This document shows, piece after piece, positions 29,549 through 38,565 of a stretch of 64,000 bases of DNA. Each line of letters starts with the position of its first letter. Positions within the stretch are counted from its first letter, which is position 1. Made by a program: the position numbers and the translations under genes. The DNA is from a virus. Below the pieces are notes generated by a model that did no database searches, had not been told where the DNA came from, and saw only the letters and a program-made list of their open reading frames with translations. Location of the stretch: IMG/VR virus record IMGVR_UViG_3300021092_000026, positions 10,852-74,851 of that record; one strand, written 5' to 3'.

Positions 29549-29557
29549 ATTGAATAA

Positions 29558-29863
29558 TTAGTTGAATATATTTAACCTATATTTTTTTTCTACTGTTAGT
29601 AAAGCATCATTAAGAGTATTAATAATTTTTTCTGCTTCCGCCTTTGTAATTACCATTTCGTTATTACCTATTTTCAAACTACCGATTTCGGTAAATGGTT
29701 TTATAGGATAATCTGATGGTTTTAGTTCCGGGTTAATTTGTAAATCAATATCAGTATAGTTTTTTCCAGCGTATTTCTGAAATTTGGCTTCCTGCTTTTG
29801 AGTTACTGCGAAAGAATTATTTACATAGCTCTTAATCGGTGCGTTTTTATATTTACTACTCAT
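29558..29863 (-). CDS. Hypothetical protein
   Basis: Intact ORF with ATATTTAT upstream. Confidence 0.65.
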   Translation of the reverse strand: MSSKYKNAPIKSYVNNSFAVTQKQEAKFQKYAGKNYTDIDLQINPELKPSDYPIKPFTEIGSLKIGNNEMVITKAEAEKIINTLNDALLTVEKKYRLNIFN

Positions 29864-29913
29864 AACTTTTTTGTTTAATTGTTATACAATAATAAATATA
29901 GAAAACGATTTAA

Positions 29914-30261
29914 TTATTCCACATTTTTTGATTTTTTATTTTTCCTAAAATTGCGGGATGATACTCTATTGAATTTTCTTTCATCAAAATCCATTATACT
30001 TTTATCGGGATGTGTACGATTTATATTCTGAATCGTTTTCATAGATTCATTAGCCCAATACCAAGCATCCATTACCGTTGGTTGGGAGGGTAGGTAAACC
30101 TCATCACCGATATACCCACCATGACCATCGGATACTTTATATCTACCATCGGACGTCATAGTGGTTTTAGCATCAGGAAACTTTTTGAGTACACGCCGTT
30201 TAATCCTATCAAATTGTGGATTGACCGATACTACCTTCGGCTGCTTCGTTTTCTTTTTCAT
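29914..30261 (-). CDS. Hypothetical basic protein
   Basis: Intact ORF. Confidence 0.65.
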   Translation of the reverse strand: MKKKTKQPKVVSVNPQFDRIKRRVLKKFPDAKTTMTSDGRYKVSDGHGGYIGDEVYLPSQPTVMDAWYWANESMKTIQNINRTHPDKSIMDFDERKFNRVSSRNFRKNKKSKNVE

Positions 30262-30463
30262 TGAATAATTGGGTTAATCGTTTATTGATTAAAAAGCCAT
30301 TAGCTATTTCTTTATTAAGTGAACAATTTTCTATCAATCTACCATCCTCCAATTTTACATCGTAGGCATTGCTGTTTCGTATCTTTGTTTTTGAAACAAT
30401 CTTACCAACCATAAAATTGGAATATACACTAACTACTACTCTATCGCCTATACTATAAACCAT
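30209..30463 (-). CDS. Small SH3/KOW-like hypothetical protein
   Basis: IGDRVVV..GKI..YDVKLEDG. Confidence 0.5.
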   Translation of the reverse strand: MVYSIGDRVVVSVYSNFMVGKIVSKTKIRNSNAYDVKLEDGRLIENCSLNKEIANGFLINKRLTQLFNEKENEAAEGSIGQSTI

Positions 30464-30465
30464 AA

Positions 30466-30669
30466 TTAATTTCCAATCACATTTAGAATTTTTGTTTGTG
30501 TGACTGAACTAACCTCAAACTCCAATGGTGAGTTTTGTAGGAATGCGGTAATATGGGCTTCTGCGTCTGTAACCGATACAGCCTTTACCAAATATTGTTC
30601 GGTATTCTTTTTAATTTTACCATTACCATTATCGGTTTCTACTTTAACTTTTACTAAATAGTACATCAT
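30466..30669 (-). CDS. DUF4494-like protein (Bacteroidota-associated)
   Basis: KKNTEQYLVKAVSVTDAEA..FEVSSV..TKI. Confidence 0.6.
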   Translation of the reverse strand: MMYYLVKVKVETDNGNGKIKKNTEQYLVKAVSVTDAEAHITAFLQNSPLEFEVSSVTQTKILNVIGN

Positions 30670-30676
30670 AATTTTT

Positions 30677-30943
30677 TTACTTTAATTTACTTTTAACGAT
30701 TTCACAAGTTTTATGAAAATTTTCTTTACCCCATTTACCTAATTGTTCGTGATGAGAATGGGATATTACCTCACCACTAACAGCAGCACTTCCATACGCA
30801 AACCTCTTCAGTTTATAACCTGATAGTGGAGTTGAAAACCTTTTAAGGTATTCTGCCTTACTATCTAAATATTCAAAGAACTTATCTTTGGGTAAAGATT
30901 CCAATTCTTCGTTACTTAACGGTTTGTTCGGGTCATACATCAT
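30677..30943 (-). CDS. Hypothetical protein
   Basis: Intact ORF. Confidence 0.6.
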   Translation of the reverse strand: MMYDPNKPLSNEELESLPKDKFFEYLDSKAEYLKRFSTPLSGYKLKRFAYGSAAVSGEVISHSHHEQLGKWGKENFHKTCEIVKSKLK

Positions 30944-30971
30944 ATCAAATATACAAAAGAAATTTTAAATA

Positions 30972-31259
30972 TCAAAATATTGGTGATACATTTTTTTGAG
31001 AATAACTATCATTCTCACAAATTTCAAATCTATAACTACCATTACCATTATCCCACATTGTAATTGCGAATGTATCTCCAGTTCCAATTGCTTGACAGAA
31101 TCCTTTGAAAGCAGGCTTTTCTTTATAATTCACTCCACTTTCATACCTTTTGCGAGCTTTAAGTCTACCCCACGCTCTAACAGGCCCTACAAATGTAGAT
31201 TGATTATATCTAGTATGATGATTTTTTTTATACTTTTTTAATTCATCTGAAGTTTTCAT
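30972..31259 (-). CDS. Hypothetical protein
   Basis: Intact ORF. Confidence 0.6.
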   Translation of the reverse strand: MKTSDELKKYKKNHHTRYNQSTFVGPVRAWGRLKARKRYESGVNYKEKPAFKGFCQAIGTGDTFAITMWDNGNGSYRFEICENDSYSQKNVSPIF

Positions 31260-31264
31260 CTTTA

Positions 31265-31684
31265 TTATTTATCAATTGATTTTTGATAGTAATAATTATA
31301 TAGTTCATCTAAATCCATTGGAGATTCATTCATCATTTCATCCCACACATCAACACCAAACTTTTTTTGTAGTTCAGTCCGAAGTGAATTTAATATGCGA
31401 ATCTCATCTAACTCACCTTCAAATTCAAGCTTTAAAGCACGAACTCTATCCATCCTACTCTCATCCCTAGCAAACTCACACCTATCTGAATTAGAATTAC
31501 CACCATACTTTTTATAGGCAAGTTCATATGCACGATTTGCTTTTTTTCTAGCCTCTAAAGCCTGTTGAAAGAATTCCGATATATCAAAATCACCATTCAC
31601 AATCTTATCATAAAGATGTGCGTTAGAAGAAAGGGGCTCTTTACGAGCCCCCTTTCTCCACCATTTGAACTTATTATACCCCAT
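31265..31684 (-). CDS. Hypothetical protein
   Basis: Intact ORF. Confidence 0.65.
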   Translation of the reverse strand: MGYNKFKWWRKGARKEPLSSNAHLYDKIVNGDFDISEFFQQALEARKKANRAYELAYKKYGGNSNSDRCEFARDESRMDRVRALKLEFEGELDEIRILNSLRTELQKKFGVDVWDEMMNESPMDLDELYNYYYQKSIDK

Positions 31685-31689
31685 ATAAA

Positions 31690-32979
31690 TTAAAACGGAT
31701 TATTAACAGCAGTAGTATCTTCAGTATTGAAGAGGTTTTCTTCACCAGTTTTTACAAACTTTTGAACGAACTGCTTCATAAACACACGCTCCGATTGAGC
31801 CCCACCACTATTATCAAAGAAGGGATAGATAGCAATCTCAGCTGCTTCAGTCAAACTAAATCCATCGTAGAGTAGCGAACCAATTTCCACAGCAGTACGA
31901 GTAGAGAGGGAGTTGGTCAGTTTGGGTGATTCACCACGAACCTCATCACGGGTCATCGTTGTAATTTCAGCCACATTAACCAACAGTTCCGAAGATACCG
32001 AAGGATACATCATACCAAGCAAAGTAGATTCTTCATCCTTAGTCAGAGAATCCATCTCAATAATCGTAAATCGGTCTAAGATAGCCCTATCAAGCATTCG
32101 GGTGGCGGTATATTCATTACCAATATTAGCAGAGGCAATAAAGGAAACACCATCAGCCACATTGATAGTAGGAGCATCAGCGGCTTCATCCAAACGAAGG
32201 TAGCGTTGACCTGGATCGAGAACAGTCATCAGAATGTTCCACGCTTCGGGGTGAGCCCTCGTAATCTCGTCCAACACAACCACAGTGTTTGGCGTTTGGA
32301 TTGCCTTCACAAAAGGTGATTGATTAAACACCGTACCTTTGGTGGTGTCATATTGGGTATTACCAATCAGCGTAGTTCGGGGGTCTTGAGTAGCACCCAA
32401 GTTGATGATAAAGGTAGAGTACCCATCAATTGAACACGCAGCGGCTTTAGCAGCCATCGTTTTACCACAACCAGCAGCACCGGTCATCATAATGTTTTTA
32501 CCACGGAGAATGTTACGAATTAAATATTTCCATTTCAGTTCCGGCATAAACAACATCTTTGGCTTCAACCCCGCAGCTTCGGTGTGGATGAAGTTCAAAA
32601 CATTTTCAGGCATAACCACCGGAGCGGTGATTTGAGCCGGAGTTGATACCATAGTCACGGTAGGTTTATGAACCGAATCCACAGCGTATTGCTCCAACCC
32701 ACCGTTTGGTTTATTGAAGTTCATAACGGGAGTGGTGTCGGTTGCTTTAGAAGCAGGAACACGGCCAAAACAAAGCTCACCAGAAGTGAACGAACCCTTA
32801 ACCCTAATTTTGAATCGGAACTTATCAGGTCGCTTAGAAGCCTGAAGAGCCCTGCGGTAGAGGGAAGTCCCCTTCTCGTTAAGAGCTGGGATGTTGAACA
32901 TTGCTCCATTTGAATCTTGGAACATTAGTACACCGTTACTTTGAACGATAGTACCGAAAACAAATCTTTGGTTTTTCAT
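31690..32979 (-). CDS. MoxR/CobS-like AAA+ ATPase
   Basis: Walker A GAAGCGKT, Walker B VVLDEITR, ASAN sensor, LDRAILDRF, STR. Confidence 0.9.
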   Translation of the reverse strand: MKNQRFVFGTIVQSNGVLMFQDSNGAMFNIPALNEKGTSLYRRALQASKRPDKFRFKIRVKGSFTSGELCFGRVPASKATDTTPVMNFNKPNGGLEQYAVDSVHKPTVTMVSTPAQITAPVVMPENVLNFIHTEAAGLKPKMLFMPELKWKYLIRNILRGKNIMMTGAAGCGKTMAAKAAACSIDGYSTFIINLGATQDPRTTLIGNTQYDTTKGTVFNQSPFVKAIQTPNTVVVLDEITRAHPEAWNILMTVLDPGQRYLRLDEAADAPTINVADGVSFIASANIGNEYTATRMLDRAILDRFTIIEMDSLTKDEESTLLGMMYPSVSSELLVNVAEITTMTRDEVRGESPKLTNSLSTRTAVEIGSLLYDGFSLTEAAEIAIYPFFDNSGGAQSERVFMKQFVQKFVKTGEENLFNTEDTTAVNNPF

Positions 32980-32991
32980 ATATAGGGGTTT

Positions 32992-33112
32992 AACTTACAA
33001 TATAAAGATACTACAGAAGGAGCAATTATCCAAGCTTTCAATATTAAATTATCATTAAATTTATCCACAACTTATCCACATTTGAGGGAAAAGTGTCCAT
33101 TTTATTGGACAC
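32992..33112 (-). promoter_or_regulatory. Composite promoter: -7/-33 elements, 11-bp TTTAAY repeats, two DnaA boxes, GTGTCCA-N6-TGGACAC palindrome
   Basis: TTG-N20-TATCTTTA; TTATCCACA at 33061 and 33072; palindrome 33093-33112. Confidence 0.75.
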
Positions 33113-35252
33113 CTACCTCAAATTTACCATTCAATGTCTTAGCCAAGTCCATTACCTCATTCACATTAATGAACCTAGCATCCTTACCATACATCCGAGT
33201 AAAGTCATCAGCGTAGGATGTACCACGCATTCTATCAAAGCTATATTCACTAATAAAGTAAGATAAAACACTAACACCACCCATCCTTAATTTATTAACC
33301 TGGTCGGCGGTGTGTCTGATAGCAATATTGCCCTCATAACTCATGTCCTTATTTTCAAAGGTAGGCATACCATCCGAAAAGTTAATTAGGTATTTTTCGG
33401 AACTATCTTTGGTTTTCAAAATCTCACCCATAATCGCCTCATAACACAAACCTTCAGGTGTTGTACCGTGTGGCATTAAATGTTTGAACATGCTCTTAAT
33501 CTTTGAGAAATTATCAACCTTACTATCGTAAGCGATTACAATCAGCGGAACTGAAGCACCATTATCATAAGTGCTTCGGTAACTAATAACCACATTGATA
33601 TTTGATATCATTGAAGCGGCCTTAGCGATAGCAACCACAGCGGTTTGTGTATTACGCCATTTTCTTCCACCCATTGAACCACTAGCATCAACTGAAATAT
33701 GAAGAGTGATTGGTTTTACGGAATTGGTTTGAATCTTTTCAAAGATATTGAAATTACCAAACCCAACCTCGTGTAACATTCGGGATGATATCTTACCCGA
33801 TTTAAGACGGGGCGTAACCAAACTACGATTCTCATCACGCGTTTTAAGCTTTTTACCTAACAACACACCCAATGTAATACCTTTATCAATATATTTTTGA
33901 TTCTCATCAAGGTGACCGGTATAATTAGTAGTAATAGCGAATGCACGGGATTCAATCAACGAATTAGTAAGTTTCCTAACTAAATAACAGTTTGTTCTTT
34001 GAATACCACCACCCCAACGGCGTTCCGCGGATACGGTTTTCAAATCTACATCAGATTCCTCCAAAGCGTTTACTACAGAAGATTCACCCTTACTCATTTT
34101 CTTTTTAGAAATATTACCACTCAAAAAATCTTTCTGCTTTTTGATAGCGTTATTAAGTTTGTTTTTAAGAGAGGGTGAAAGCGTGTTCCCAGAACCACCA
34201 GAACTATTGTTAGAAGAATTCCCATCAGAAGAATCCCCATCAGAAGAATCATCATCAGAAGAATCATCATCAGAAGAATCCCCATTACCATTAGATTCCA
34301 TAGAACCACCACCCGTTTGAGGTGAATCAAAATCACCTGTCATTGGTGAGTTACCATTAGAATCGCCTGAAGATGAATCATTACTATCGCCGGATGAAGA
34401 TTGATTATCCTCTTCAGTAGGTTCGGTATAAACTGCATCAAAAATAGTTAAGAAAATTTCTGAAGCCAGATTCAAACTATCAGTAGTGGTTTTTAATCGT
34501 TCAATGTTTTTCAAATCCAACAAAGTCCAAATAGTGGGTAAAGATTTAAGAGCACCCAACCTACGATGTTTGTTTGTAATGTTACAAAGTCGGAACATAT
34601 AAGATTCCCAATCTTCGGTAGTGTATTCATCAGATACCAAAGCCTTATCAATAACACTATCATTAAAGTATTTATCATACATAGAGTGATAGTACCCACG
34701 ATAACCAGGGGCTGTGTTATAAATGTAATTATCAATACGCCTATCCTCAACAATATTGAGAATATCTTTTAGGTATTGAGACATATACTTTTTCAATGTA
34801 CGAACAGCCAATATATCAGATTCAGATACCTCCGGCATTTTGGAAATACGATTAGCAATAACGGGTGGTAACGCTGTGGAGTTTGGTTGAAAATACTTTT
34901 GAAGAATAGTAAAATCGGTAAGTTTAATGTGCGAACCCTCGTGGAGAGCCAACCCTACCGCCGGGTCAAATTCAGCATCATCCATCTTTGAAGAAATTAC
35001 CACACTATTACCATCAGTATAGGATTGATTACCCGTAGAAAATTTGACCGGAATAGGTTTGTTTGTTACAATTCTCACAAAGTTAGAAATGGCCCGTTTA
35101 TAAGAGGCCAACTTAATAAGGTCATTAGTTTTGACCTGATAAGCATCACCACTACCATCAGCACGATAAGTGCCACGATAAGTGGTCGGGGTGAACATAG
35201 ATTTATCCAACCAATAGTCGGAATAATAGGACTTACTTTTATATTTTTTCAT
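33102..35252 (-). CDS. VWA-domain protein with N-terminal HExxH domain (CobT-like MoxR partner)
   Basis: LALHEGSH, NIVEDRRID, S/D-rich linker, MIDAS DASGSM, GTTPEG, FSDG. Confidence 0.88.
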   Translation of the reverse strand: MKKYKSKSYYSDYWLDKSMFTPTTYRGTYRADGSGDAYQVKTNDLIKLASYKRAISNFVRIVTNKPIPVKFSTGNQSYTDGNSVVISSKMDDAEFDPAVGLALHEGSHIKLTDFTILQKYFQPNSTALPPVIANRISKMPEVSESDILAVRTLKKYMSQYLKDILNIVEDRRIDNYIYNTAPGYRGYYHSMYDKYFNDSVIDKALVSDEYTTEDWESYMFRLCNITNKHRRLGALKSLPTIWTLLDLKNIERLKTTTDSLNLASEIFLTIFDAVYTEPTEEDNQSSSGDSNDSSSGDSNGNSPMTGDFDSPQTGGGSMESNGNGDSSDDDSSDDDSSDGDSSDGNSSNNSSGGSGNTLSPSLKNKLNNAIKKQKDFLSGNISKKKMSKGESSVVNALEESDVDLKTVSAERRWGGGIQRTNCYLVRKLTNSLIESRAFAITTNYTGHLDENQKYIDKGITLGVLLGKKLKTRDENRSLVTPRLKSGKISSRMLHEVGFGNFNIFEKIQTNSVKPITLHISVDASGSMGGRKWRNTQTAVVAIAKAASMISNINVVISYRSTYDNGASVPLIVIAYDSKVDNFSKIKSMFKHLMPHGTTPEGLCYEAIMGEILKTKDSSEKYLINFSDGMPTFENKDMSYEGNIAIRHTADQVNKLRMGGVSVLSYFISEYSFDRMRGTSYADDFTRMYGKDARFINVNEVMDLAKTLNGKFEVGVQ
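34213..34283. repeat. 15-bp tandem repeat encoding a DSSD[DG] linker
   Basis: AGAAGAATC..CATC units. Confidence 0.8.
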
Positions 35253-35264
35253 ATAGGAGGAATT

Positions 35265-35334
35265 AACTTACAATGTAAAGATAATACAGAAATAGGGAAT
35301 ATCCAAGCTTTCAATATTAAATTTAGGTTAAATC
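35265..35334 (-). promoter_or_regulatory. Promoter module copy upstream of the VWA gene
   Basis: AACTTACAATGTAAAGATAATAC..ATCCAAGCTTTCAATATTAAATTTAGGTTAAA. Confidence 0.7.
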
Positions 35335-35484
35335 TTTTAACCAAGATTTGTTCTTTCTTGAATAGGATTTGGATGAGGGGACCACCTTTTCTGTCATTTT
35401 CTTACCGATATGGTGTGCAGCCTCTCCTGAACTCCAATTGCCGTTAAAATCAAGCAATTTCCTGTCTCGTTTGGGTTTACTCAT
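35323..35484 (-). CDS. Small basic protein (53 aa), missing from the ORF track
   Basis: MSKPKRDRKLLDFNGNWSSGEAAHHIGKKMTEKVVPSSKSYSRKNKSWLKDLT; has its own promoter module. Confidence 0.65.
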   Translation of the reverse strand: MSKPKRDRKLLDFNGNWSSGEAAHHIGKKMTEKVVPSSKSYSRKNKSWLKDLT

Positions 35485-35502
35485 ATCAATAATTATTTAA
35501 TA

Positions 35503-35604
35503 CCTAAAGATAAGTATAAAAGAGCAAATTTCCAAGCCTTTTAGATTAAATTTTCATTAAAGTTATCCACATTCGTGTGGAAAAGTGTCCAATTTATTGG
35601 ACAG
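35503..35604 (-). promoter_or_regulatory. Promoter module copy with an inverted DnaA-box pair and the palindrome
   Basis: TTATCCACA 35563, TGTGGAAAA 35576, GTGTCCA-N6-TGGACAG 35585-35604. Confidence 0.7.
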
Positions 35605-35610
35605 TTGGTT

Positions 35611-36045
35611 TTATCCCCCAAATGGGGTATCCTTGAGGTCAGCCCCAAACCCATACTTTTTCTTAACCCGCTCTGAAATAGGAATCGGATTTCCATCCTC
35701 ATCAATTCTCACAAAGGTAATATAGGTAGATACAACAGTAGTCTGACCTCCAGTATATACATTATGCGCTCTTGCTTCAATGTATAGTTTAACGGATGTA
35801 TTACCAATACGATTTACACTACCATATACCTTTAATAACTGCCCTTCTTTTGCCGGCTTCTTAAATAAACATTCATCTATCTTAATAGTAACCACACGGG
35901 GTGTATCACACACCTGCATTGCGTACGCAGCCGCAGAAGCATCAATCCATGCCAATGCTTTTCCACCAAAAAGGTTTCCGTGAAATCCTAAATCGGATTT
36001 CTTGACGGGATGTGTATTAATCAACTCCATCCGTAATTTCTTCAA
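35611..36045 (-). CDS. Acyl-CoA thioesterase (YciA-like hotdog fold)
   Basis: HGNLFGGKALAWID, VVT..D..FKKP, GNTS, TFVRIDEDGNP; the start may be the internal MELIN. Confidence 0.88.
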   Translation of the reverse strand: MKKLRMELINTHPVKKSDLGFHGNLFGGKALAWIDASAAAYAMQVCDTPRVVTIKIDECLFKKPAKEGQLLKVYGSVNRIGNTSVKLYIEARAHNVYTGGQTTVVSTYITFVRIDEDGNPIPISERVKKKYGFGADLKDTPFGG

Positions 36046-36220
36046 ATGGTATAGATACTATTTCTCTACAAAAAAATAACAAACCATCTTTTTTAAAAGT
36101 ATGGCTACATTCCCAATATTGTTTTATAAAATCTACATTTAGATTTGGTTCTTCTTTCATTGTACGATAGACCTGAAACATCCCATCGTTTACATAAATA
36201 ACCTGTCCTAAATAACTCAT
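36017..36220 (-). CDS. Hypothetical protein
   Basis: Intact ORF. Confidence 0.6.
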   Translation of the reverse strand: MSYLGQVIYVNDGMFQVYRTMKEEPNLNVDFIKQYWECSHTFKKDGLLFFCREIVSIPFEEITDGVD

Positions 36221-36234
36221 AGTTTATTTTATTG

Positions 36235-36305
36235 AGCGGGTAGATGGAATCGAACCACCGTCATAGGCTTGGAAAGCGAATGTAATACCATTATACGATA
36301 CCCGC
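36235..36305 (-). tRNA. tRNA-Gly(TCC) with an imperfect anticodon stem
   Basis: GCGGGTATCGTATAATGG..TTTCCAA..GGTTCGATTCC..TACCCGCT. Confidence 0.85.
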
Positions 36306-36340
36306 AAGTACCCCCACTAAGGGGATGTGTTGAGAAACTA

Positions 36341-36511
36341 CTATTGTGCGGTAGTAGTGCTATCTGCAGCAGGATAAAACTCCTGAGTAGAATCTACAAC
36401 TGCAGAATCAACTGGTTCAGCAACCGATTCTTCAGTTTGCTCAGCGTTGTTGGTGCAGGCCGTAAGTGATGCAACCATAGCAGCCATTACCATAAAAAAG
36501 ATGTTTTTCAT
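36341..36511 (-). CDS. Small lipoprotein (56 aa), missing from the ORF track
   Basis: MKNIFFMVMAAMVASLTAC lipobox with an acidic tail; -7/-33 promoter upstream. Confidence 0.75.
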   Translation of the reverse strand: MKNIFFMVMAAMVASLTACTNNAEQTEESVAEPVDSAVVDSTQEFYPAADSTTTAQ

Positions 36512-36587
36512 AATTAAATTGTTTTAAATTTTACACAATATACAAAAGAAATTTCATATTTCCAAATTTTTTCATAAATAAATACAA

Positions 36588-36971
36588 TTATTTTTTTGAT
36601 AAAATATCATTAAGCATGTTTATTTCCGTTTTAAACATTTCTTCTTCCATTTTACCACGTTCTTTCTCAATTGCCTTTTGAACCAACTCAATCAATTCAT
36701 TTGATAGAAATGAACTAATAGTAAACTCAAATGTATAATAGTGATTGGAAACTTTAACCATATTATTTTGCAGTATTAATGTATATTGTTTATCATCAGT
36801 TTGAACATAGTATCTACCCGATGGTGTCATCAAATAATGGGTTTTTGGATTAGACATTAATCGTATTAAAACCCTCTTTGTTAAAACCTCTCTTTCAGTA
36901 TATGGTTCGTGTTTAACTAAACCTCGCCTAAACCACACCTGCAATTTTTTAAATTTGTATTTTATATTCAT
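36588..36971 (-). CDS. Hypothetical protein
   Basis: Intact ORF. Confidence 0.65.
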   Translation of the reverse strand: MNIKYKFKKLQVWFRRGLVKHEPYTEREVLTKRVLIRLMSNPKTHYLMTPSGRYYVQTDDKQYTLILQNNMVKVSNHYYTFEFTISSFLSNELIELVQKAIEKERGKMEEEMFKTEINMLNDILSKK

Positions 36972-36987
36972 TACTTTTTTATTTTAG

Positions 36988-37061
36988 TACGCCCGAAGGG
37001 ATTCGAACCCCTGGCCAACAGATTAGAAATCTGTTGCTCTATCCAACTGAGCTACGGGCGC
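36988..37061 (-). tRNA. tRNA-Arg(TCT)
   Basis: GCGCCCGTAGCTCAGTTGGATAGAGC-ACAGA-TTTCTAA-TCTGT..GGTTCGAATCC. Confidence 0.95.
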
Positions 37062-37075
37062 ATATTTATTTTTTG

Positions 37076-37160
37076 TACCTCGGACCGGAATCGAACCGGT
37101 ACAGCCTCATCGGCTACAGGATTTTAAGTCCTGCGCGGCTACCTATTTCGCCACCGAGGC
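37076..37160 (-). tRNA. tRNA-Leu(TAA)
   Basis: CAGGA-CTTAAAA-TCCTG, long variable arm, GGTTCGATTCC. Confidence 0.95.
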
Positions 37161-37170
37161 ATTATTATTA

Positions 37171-37353
37171 TTATTTATTAACTACTTTTTTTCTTACCAC
37201 TTCGGTTACATTAAATAATTCATTAAATTGGGATACTTTCATTTTTTTAGTTTCACAAAATAACTCAATAGCATCTTCTAAAGAACTTGCTTTTGTTTTA
37301 CTAATTGCTTCCATTTTATTATCCGATTTGAAATAAAAATAGTATTCTTTCAT
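37171..37353 (-). CDS. Hypothetical protein
   Basis: Intact ORF with a promoter motif upstream. Confidence 0.6.
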   Translation of the reverse strand: MKEYYFYFKSDNKMEAISKTKASSLEDAIELFCETKKMKVSQFNELFNVTEVVRKKVVNK

Positions 37354-37395
37354 AATCTACTCCGATTTAATTTTATACAATATACAAATAATTAT

Positions 37396-37854
37396 TTAAT
37401 TATCCAAATCTTTTGTGTAATAAAAAACACCAATCCCCGCTTCCTCAAACATTTTGATACTTCGTTCCGCACTTTCTTCCCACTTTAACTGATTAGAACC
37501 ACCACCCAACATCCATATCTCCTTAATCCCAGCGTTTATAATCCCCCTTGCACAATCTGCGCAAGGTATTCCACAAGTCATATACATCCTCGCTCCATTC
37601 GTAGATACACCAATTCGGGCTGCATTATAGATAGCATTTCTTTCAGCGTGTTCAAACCAATAATACTTTTCAGGTCTATTCTGCCTTTCTTTGACACCAT
37701 CATCAATCCCTCGTGGGAATGAGTTATACCCAGTAGATATAATCTCATTATTATCCCCAACCAACACTACACCGATTTGTGTACTTTTATCTTTGGATTT
37801 TAATTTTACTACTTCAGCAATTTTTAAAAAGTATTCAGTCCAGTTCATTATCAA
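37396..37854 (-). CDS. dCMP deaminase
   Basis: STGYN, HAERNAI, PCADC. Confidence 0.92.
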   Translation of the reverse strand: MIMNWTEYFLKIAEVVKLKSKDKSTQIGVVLVGDNNEIISTGYNSFPRGIDDGVKERQNRPEKYYWFEHAERNAIYNAARIGVSTNGARMYMTCGIPCADCARGIINAGIKEIWMLGGGSNQLKWEESAERSIKMFEEAGIGVFYYTKDLDN

Positions 37855-38126
37855 AACTTAAAAGATAGTTTATATTCCTTATCACCTTCAGTTTTAAAGT
37901 GAACATCCTGACCTTTCCAATTTACGATTTCAGTTATCTTATCAGAACAAAAAGAATAAAATGAACCCATACCATCTGAATATTCAAAATTAAGAACGAG
38001 TATATTACCTACATGCGGCCCACCATCTTGCCAATTTTTTATACCACCTCGCAAATCTCTTTGGGCCCATTTGGCCGATTCTGCCTCCCAAATCCGGCCA
38101 CTATTTACATCTTCTAATTTATACAT
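37851..38126 (-). CDS. Hypothetical protein
   Basis: Intact ORF overlapping its neighbours. Confidence 0.6.
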   Translation of the reverse strand: MYKLEDVNSGRIWEAESAKWAQRDLRGGIKNWQDGGPHVGNILVLNFEYSDGMGSFYSFCSDKITEIVNWKGQDVHFKTEGDKEYKLSFKF

Positions 38127-38553
38127 AATTATTAGCTATATCAATTCCCATCATTCGTTTAATATGTCTACCTCCCTCAAAATCGGTTTCTAAAAATGTG
38201 GTTAGGATATCAACCGCATCATCAATACAAAGAAACCTTGCAGATAAACAAATAACATTTGCATTATTGTGAGCCCTTGCTAATCGTGCAGTATCAACAT
38301 CCCAACAAAGTGCGGCACGGATTCCCGGCCATTTATTCGCTGCCATACACATCCCATTACCACTACCACATATAAGAATACCAAATTGTGATTTAAAGTT
38401 TGAACATAACCTATGTGCGTAATCTGGGTAATCAACGGACTCGGGAGTATTCGTTCCCAAGTCCGTTAATTCTACGCCATTCTTACTCATAAACTCAATT
38501 AGGTGGTTTTTTAATTCCCACCCAGCGTGGTCTGATGCAATTAGTATTGACAT
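38119..38553 (-). CDS. rpiB: Ribose-5-phosphate isomerase B
   Basis: ASDHAG, DYPD, ICGSGNG, ARAHNNAN, FEGGRH. Confidence 0.95.
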   Translation of the reverse strand: MSILIASDHAGWELKNHLIEFMSKNGVELTDLGTNTPESVDYPDYAHRLCSNFKSQFGILICGSGNGMCMAANKWPGIRAALCWDVDTARLARAHNNANVICLSARFLCIDDAVDILTTFLETDFEGGRHIKRMMGIDIANNYV

Positions 38554-38565
38554 TTTTATTTTATC

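Noticed and set aside
33093-33112. GTGTCCA/TGGACAC as IS3-family ends
   Set aside because: No transposase or target duplication; each copy is a compact palindrome inside a promoter module
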